Assembly (NCBI GenBank): GCA_043747595.1
Contig: JAYTOX010000021.1
Location: 1,371-65,370 of the forward strand
From: Bacteroidota bacterium
GTDB taxonomy: Bacteria; Bacteroidota; Bacteroidia; AKYH767-A; 2013-40CM-41-45
Direction: 5' to 3'
Length of the DNA: 64,000 nucleotides
In this document: piece by piece, positions 59,832 through 64,000 of the stretch
Numbering within the stretch: the stretch's first letter is position 1
How the letters are laid out: each line of letters starts with the position of its first letter
The notes under the pieces: generated by a model
Databases searched by the model: none
Told to the model about the DNA's origin: nothing
Seen by the model: only the letters and a program-made list of their open reading frames with translations
Program-made: the position numbers and the translations under genes

Positions 59832-61211
59832 ATGGTTACGGCAGAAGAAATGGAATTGCTCGCCGAAAGGTTGGTTACAAGCAATTTATACAAATTAAAA
59901 CACATCTGCGCTACTCTTCAACCGGAAGAACTGGCCGAATTGATCAATGATAACAAGTCAATAGATTTTATTAAAGTATTTCAAGTGCTTGAGGCGGAGA
60001 AAGCCATCAAGACCTTTGAAAACCTCGACTTCAATATCCAAATGGTATTGTTGAAGTCGTACTCTGTAGAACTTGTATCCTCTACCCTTAACCAGATTAG
60101 TCCGGATGACCGTACTGCTCTCTTCGAAAAACTTCCGGAAGAAACTCTCCAAAAGTATCTTTCGCTTTTAACTGACGAGGAAAGAAAGACTACTAAAGAA
60201 TTACTTCAATACCCGGAAGATAGTATTGGACGTTTGATGACTCCCGATTTTATTTCTGTAAAAGAAAATTGGACTGTTCAACAAGTGCTCGATTACATCA
60301 GGAAATATGGCAGAGATAGTGAAACCATCTCAAATATTTATGTAACTGATTCGTCGGGTTACTTGATTGATGATATAAAAGTGAGCGATTTTCTACTTGC
60401 CTCGCTCGATAAAAAAGTAAGCGAATTGATGGATCATCAATACGTAAATCTTCGTGCAAGAGATGATCAGGAATCGGCCATTGATGTTTTTAAGCAAACC
60501 AATCGAATGGCATTGCCCGTAACCGATTTTAATGGTTTATTGATTGGGATCATTACAATTGATGACGTTGTCGATGTCATCGAGGAAGAAGATACGGAAG
60601 ATATCCAGAAATTTGGTGGTACCGAAGCCTTAGATGAACCTTACCTTAAAGTTTCGTTACCTAAAATGATTCGGAAGCGTGCAGGCTGGTTAGTGATTCT
60701 CTTTTTAGGTGAGATGTTAACGGCTAGCGCTATGGGTTATTTTAACGATGAACTGAACAAAGCTGTCGTACTTACACTCTTCATTCCTCTTATTATTTCA
60801 AGCGGCGGAAATAGTGGATCGCAAGCGGCTACTCTTATTATTCGTGCAATGGCATTAGGGGAAGTTACGTGGGCAAATTGGTGGCATGTAATTCGAAGAG
60901 AAGTTCTTTCCGGTTTAGCATTGGGTTCCCTTCTAGCTGTAATTGGATTTCTTAGAATTGCTTTATGGTCGATGTTCACCACAATTTATGGAGCACACTG
61001 GCTTGGAATTGCTTTTACCGTTTCTTTTACTCTTATCGGTGTCGTATTATGGGGCACGCTTGCCGGTTCTATGATTCCTATGCTCTTAAAACGATTAGGA
61101 CGTGACCCGGCAGTTTCTTCCGCTCCTTTTATTGCCACGCTTGTAGATGTTACAGGACTAATTATTTATTTCTCGCTGGCATTCTTAATTCTTAAAGGAA
61201 CGTTGCTCTAA
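59832..61211 (+). CDS. mgtE: Magnesium transporter MgtE
   Basis: N domain, CBS pair ('GRLMT', 'GIITIDD'), 'GGNSGSQ' and 'DPAVSSAPFIATLVDVTG'. Confidence 0.96.
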   Translation: MVTAEEMELLAERLVTSNLYKLKHICATLQPEELAELINDNKSIDFIKVFQVLEAEKAIKTFENLDFNIQMVLLKSYSVELVSSTLNQISPDDRTALFEKLPEETLQKYLSLLTDEERKTTKELLQYPEDSIGRLMTPDFISVKENWTVQQVLDYIRKYGRDSETISNIYVTDSSGYLIDDIKVSDFLLASLDKKVSELMDHQYVNLRARDDQESAIDVFKQTNRMALPVTDFNGLLIGIITIDDVVDVIEEEDTEDIQKFGGTEALDEPYLKVSLPKMIRKRAGWLVILFLGEMLTASAMGYFNDELNKAVVLTLFIPLIISSGGNSGSQAATLIIRAMALGEVTWANWWHVIRREVLSGLALGSLLAVIGFLRIALWSMFTTIYGAHWLGIAFTVSFTLIGVVLWGTLAGSMIPMLLKRLGRDPAVSSAPFIATLVDVTGLIIYFSLAFLILKGTLL

Positions 61212-61252
61212 TAAAGTGAATTAATTTTTCGTGCAATTAGGATACGTTTCTC

Positions 61253-62002
61253 TTATTTACCAATTACTCCACATATTTCTAATTTCACTTCAGGGGTTTT
61301 AGGATCGTTAAAAAAAACGGATACAAAACTGGAGTCCTTGCCTTCTTTACCAAATGAATCAAATTCTATTTTTATTGAAGTACTTTCTCCCGATAAAACT
61401 TCATTCTTCAAAATAGATATTTTTATGCATCCACAAGTTGACTTTGCTTTACGAATAAGCAATGGTTGAAGCCCTTCATTTTTTATTATAAAATCGTGGC
61501 TGGCTTTTTCACCTTGATGGATGGTACCATAGTTAAAACTACGTTCTGACAATACAACTTTAGGAACAAGCGAATCGTTTGTATTGGAAAAAAAATCTGA
61601 AATCGTAGCGGTAATATTTAAATTTTTAATTGGAAATTCTTTGTCGGTCGTAATCAGGTCTATTCGATCTAACACAAAGCCGAGATCGTTTCTATTTCCT
61701 ACGTCGTAAGAAACCGATAACCATCCCTCTGCTCCTGCTTCTAACTGAGCTGAACTGACATTAGTTTTGATAAATTTTTCTTTCGTTTCAATTTTTATTT
61801 TTATTATTTCTTTCCCTGCATTCATTAGCCAAATGGTATCGTTCCGTGTTTCATTTGTGAAAACTTTCCCGAAATTCAATGTTGATGTAGAAAATCGAAT
61901 GTTGCCAATTTTTTTCGAATACTTATCGGCCATTGAAACTGTTTGTGAAAGACTTGTTATAACGAAAAAAGAAAAAGCCGACACTAAAATTAATTTTTTC
62001 AT
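61253..62002 (-). CDS. DUF1573 (Ig-like) domain exported protein
   Basis: Signal peptide and two Ig-like units; 'F.IKNEG.QPL.I.K....CGC'. Confidence 0.8.
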   Translation of the reverse strand: MKKLILVSAFSFFVITSLSQTVSMADKYSKKIGNIRFSTSTLNFGKVFTNETRNDTIWLMNAGKEIIKIKIETKEKFIKTNVSSAQLEAGAEGWLSVSYDVGNRNDLGFVLDRIDLITTDKEFPIKNLNITATISDFFSNTNDSLVPKVVLSERSFNYGTIHQGEKASHDFIIKNEGLQPLLIRKAKSTCGCIKISILKNEVLSGESTSIKIEFDSFGKEGKDSSFVSVFFNDPKTPEVKLEICGVIGK

Positions 62003-62005
62003 GAA

Positions 62006-63397
62006 TTAAGTTGTAATACTATTAGTAGATTTTGTAAGTTCTTCTGCAAATGATTCTAAATTTAGGCCATCGAATGTTCCGGAACTCATCATTAAGAAGA
62101 CACTTTTTCCATTTCGATTCATTCGTAATTTTTTTTGCAATTCGATCACGTCAGTAAAAACTACTATCGAATTATCAGCAAAACATTTTTTTACTATATC
62201 GGGAGTAATCTCTTTTAACTTTTTATGCTCGATGGTTTTCGGGTTAAAATAAACAATTTTTTCATCGGCACCATCCATACTTCCTGCATATTGATCCAAG
62301 AAATCTTCGTTGAGCGAGCTAAAGGTATGTAATTCCATACATGCAATCAATTTCCTATCAGGAAACTGAGCTCGTACTGCTTCAGTTGTTGCCTTTAATT
62401 TGGAGGGCGAATGAGCGAAATCCTTATATACCGAAACATTGGTATTCTTTGACAATAACTCAAGTCGTCTCGAAGCTCCTGTAAAAGTTTTAATGGCGGC
62501 ATAAAAATCTTTATCAATTATTCCAAGACTCTCACAAACATTTCGTGCGCCTTCCAGATTCATTAAGTTATGTTCTCCAAATATCGATAACTCTAATAAA
62601 GTGTCGTTCGTAGTAAGATATGTCACGCCGTTGTTAATTTGATTTTTCGGAATAGTATAGGCGATCTTCGTGGCTTTTACACTTTTTGACTCGGCAACTT
62701 TTTTTACTTCCTTGTCATTCTCACAATAAATTAATGTTCCTTTTTCATCGATTGAGTCGGCAAATATTTTAAACTGGTCTACGTACATCTCAAATGTGGG
62801 AAAAACATTTATATGATCCCACGCAATTCCACTTATAAGTCCAATGTTTGCTTTGTACAAATGAAACTTCGGTCTCCGATCAATTGGCGAAGAAAGATAT
62901 TCATCGCCTTCTAAAATAATTATCGGTGCATCGCTTAAGCGAACCATCGTATCAAATCCTTCTAGTTTAGCGCCAACCATATAGTCAAAGTCAACTGCTA
63001 GTTGGTTTAACACATGCAATATCATAGCTGTGATTGTCGTTTTGCCATGCGAACCTCCTATAACAACTCGCACTTTTTCTTTTGAATGCTCATACAAATA
63101 CTCCGGATAAGAATAAACCGGTATTCCGATTTCTTGTGCAGCAATCAATTCAGGATTGTCTACTCGAGCATGCATTCCTAACACTATTCCATCCAAATCT
63201 TTCGATATCTTTTCCGGGTACCAGCCCATTTCAGAAGGCAATAATCCGGCAGATTCCAGTCTGGATTTTGATGGTTCATTTATTTCATCGTCCGATCCTG
63301 AAATAATATAACCGTTTTGCTGTAAGGCAAGCGCTAAGTTGTGCATTGCAGCACCTCCAATAGCAATAAAATGGAGTCTTTTTTTGTGGGTCGTCAT
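62006..63397 (-). CDS. Mur ligase family protein (Mpl/MurC-like)
   Basis: 'HFIAIGGAAMHNLA', 'GSHGKTT', 'EGDEY', 'WDH', 'RRLE' and 'DFAHSP'. Confidence 0.88.
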   Translation of the reverse strand: MTTHKKRLHFIAIGGAAMHNLALALQQNGYIISGSDDEINEPSKSRLESAGLLPSEMGWYPEKISKDLDGIVLGMHARVDNPELIAAQEIGIPVYSYPEYLYEHSKEKVRVVIGGSHGKTTITAMILHVLNQLAVDFDYMVGAKLEGFDTMVRLSDAPIIILEGDEYLSSPIDRRPKFHLYKANIGLISGIAWDHINVFPTFEMYVDQFKIFADSIDEKGTLIYCENDKEVKKVAESKSVKATKIAYTIPKNQINNGVTYLTTNDTLLELSIFGEHNLMNLEGARNVCESLGIIDKDFYAAIKTFTGASRRLELLSKNTNVSVYKDFAHSPSKLKATTEAVRAQFPDRKLIACMELHTFSSLNEDFLDQYAGSMDGADEKIVYFNPKTIEHKKLKEITPDIVKKCFADNSIVVFTDVIELQKKLRMNRNGKSVFLMMSSGTFDGLNLESFAEELTKSTNSITT

Positions 63398-63546
63398 CTC
63401 TTCGAAAATAGAACAAAGTGTTGTTCGGATAGCCTAAACATTGATTCGATATAAACACTTTTACTAACATTTTATGCTCACTTTTACCGTTTAAACAAAA
63501 AAGTTAGCTTTGCCATCTGCTATTAAAGTGATAAATATCGAACAAA

Positions 63547-64000
63547 ATGAAGTTACATACGATTGATACCGGATTTTTTAAATTAGATGGTGGGGCTATG
63601 TTTGGAGTAGTACCGAAATCAATTTGGCAAAAATTAAATCCTGCCGACGAAAATAATATGTGCAATTGGGCAATGCGTTGTTTATTGGTTGAAGATGGTG
63701 ATCGGCTGATTTTAGTCGACAACGGAATTGGAAATAAACAGGATGCGAAATTTTTCAGTTATTATTTTTTAAATGGAGATGCTACTCTCGAGAGTTCACT
63801 GAACAAATTAGGCTTCCATTCAAACGACATTACCGATGTATTTCTTACTCATCTTCACTTTGACCATTGTGGTGGAAGTGTAAAATGGAATGCCACAAAA
63901 GAATTACTAGAACCCGCTTTTAAAAATGCAACGTATTGGAGTAATGAAGATCATTGGGAATGGGCAACGAAACCCAACCCACGAGAAAAGGCCAGTTTCC
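63547..64000 (+). CDS. MBL-fold metallo-hydrolase (YtnP-like), 3' truncated by window edge; absent from the ORF track
   Basis: Manual translation gives MKLHTIDTGFFKLDGGAMFGVVPK...THLHFDHCGG (HxHxDH). A TAGCTTTG box lies upstream. Confidence 0.9.
   Translation, partial: MKLHTIDTGFFKLDGGAMFGVVPKSIWQKLNPADENNMCNWAMRCLLVEDGDRLILVDNGIGNKQDAKFFSYYFLNGDATLESSLNKLGFHSNDITDVFLTHLHFDHCGGSVKWNATKELLEPAFKNATYWSNEDHWEWATKPNPREKASF

Noticed and set aside
59701-59898. M-box riboswitch or leader peptide for mgtE; out-of-frame ORF 59818-59898
   Set aside because: The predicted leader is only about 40 nt after the TACCTTCG box, too short for an M-box. The overlapping ORF is not Pro-rich and is plausible by chance.
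1036-63722. The many 60-120 aa ORFs antisense to or overlapping long genes (e.g. 1036-1296, 8543-8881, 23510-23824, 32176-32541, 63504-63722)
   Set aside because: They are shadows of well-supported genes and have no motifs or independent expression signals.
1-64000. CRISPR array, tRNA/rRNA, IS element or prophage
   Set aside because: No regularly spaced repeats, cloverleaf or T-arm motifs, transposase, integrase or phage structural genes were seen, and all spacers are under about 350 nt.

Overview
A gene-dense, AT-rich chromosomal segment from a Bacteroidota bacterium. The assignment rests on recurrent TAnnTTTG -7 promoter boxes, no evident Shine-Dalgarno use, and Bacteroidota-typical arrangements (tamB/tsaD divergent pair, mutL-rhomboid-rhomboid-EEP, SBP/mtaB divergent pair). 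It holds about 57 CDSs, mostly housekeeping, envelope and stress genes: split transketolase, glmM, cysteine desulfurase, ribBA, tamB, tsaD, an RND efflux trio, nhaA, msrA, mutL, mtaB, lgt, accC, speB, sucC and mgtE. I found no CRISPR array, tRNA/rRNA, transposase, integrase or phage gene. The best candidate for an undescribed system is a co-oriented RNA-stress module at 12.4-16.1 kb: a J-domain(HPD)-KTSC fusion, two minimal DEAD-box helicases and a cold-shock protein, with structured leaders. Other signals are a secreted VWA gene between the transketolase halves with no canonical start codon, a structured intergenic region between tamB and ribBA, several apparently leaderless genes, sigma54-like and ECF-like promoters, a MutL with a degenerate endonuclease motif, and an internally duplicated Lgt. 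All product calls come from motif recognition by eye; no database search was run.
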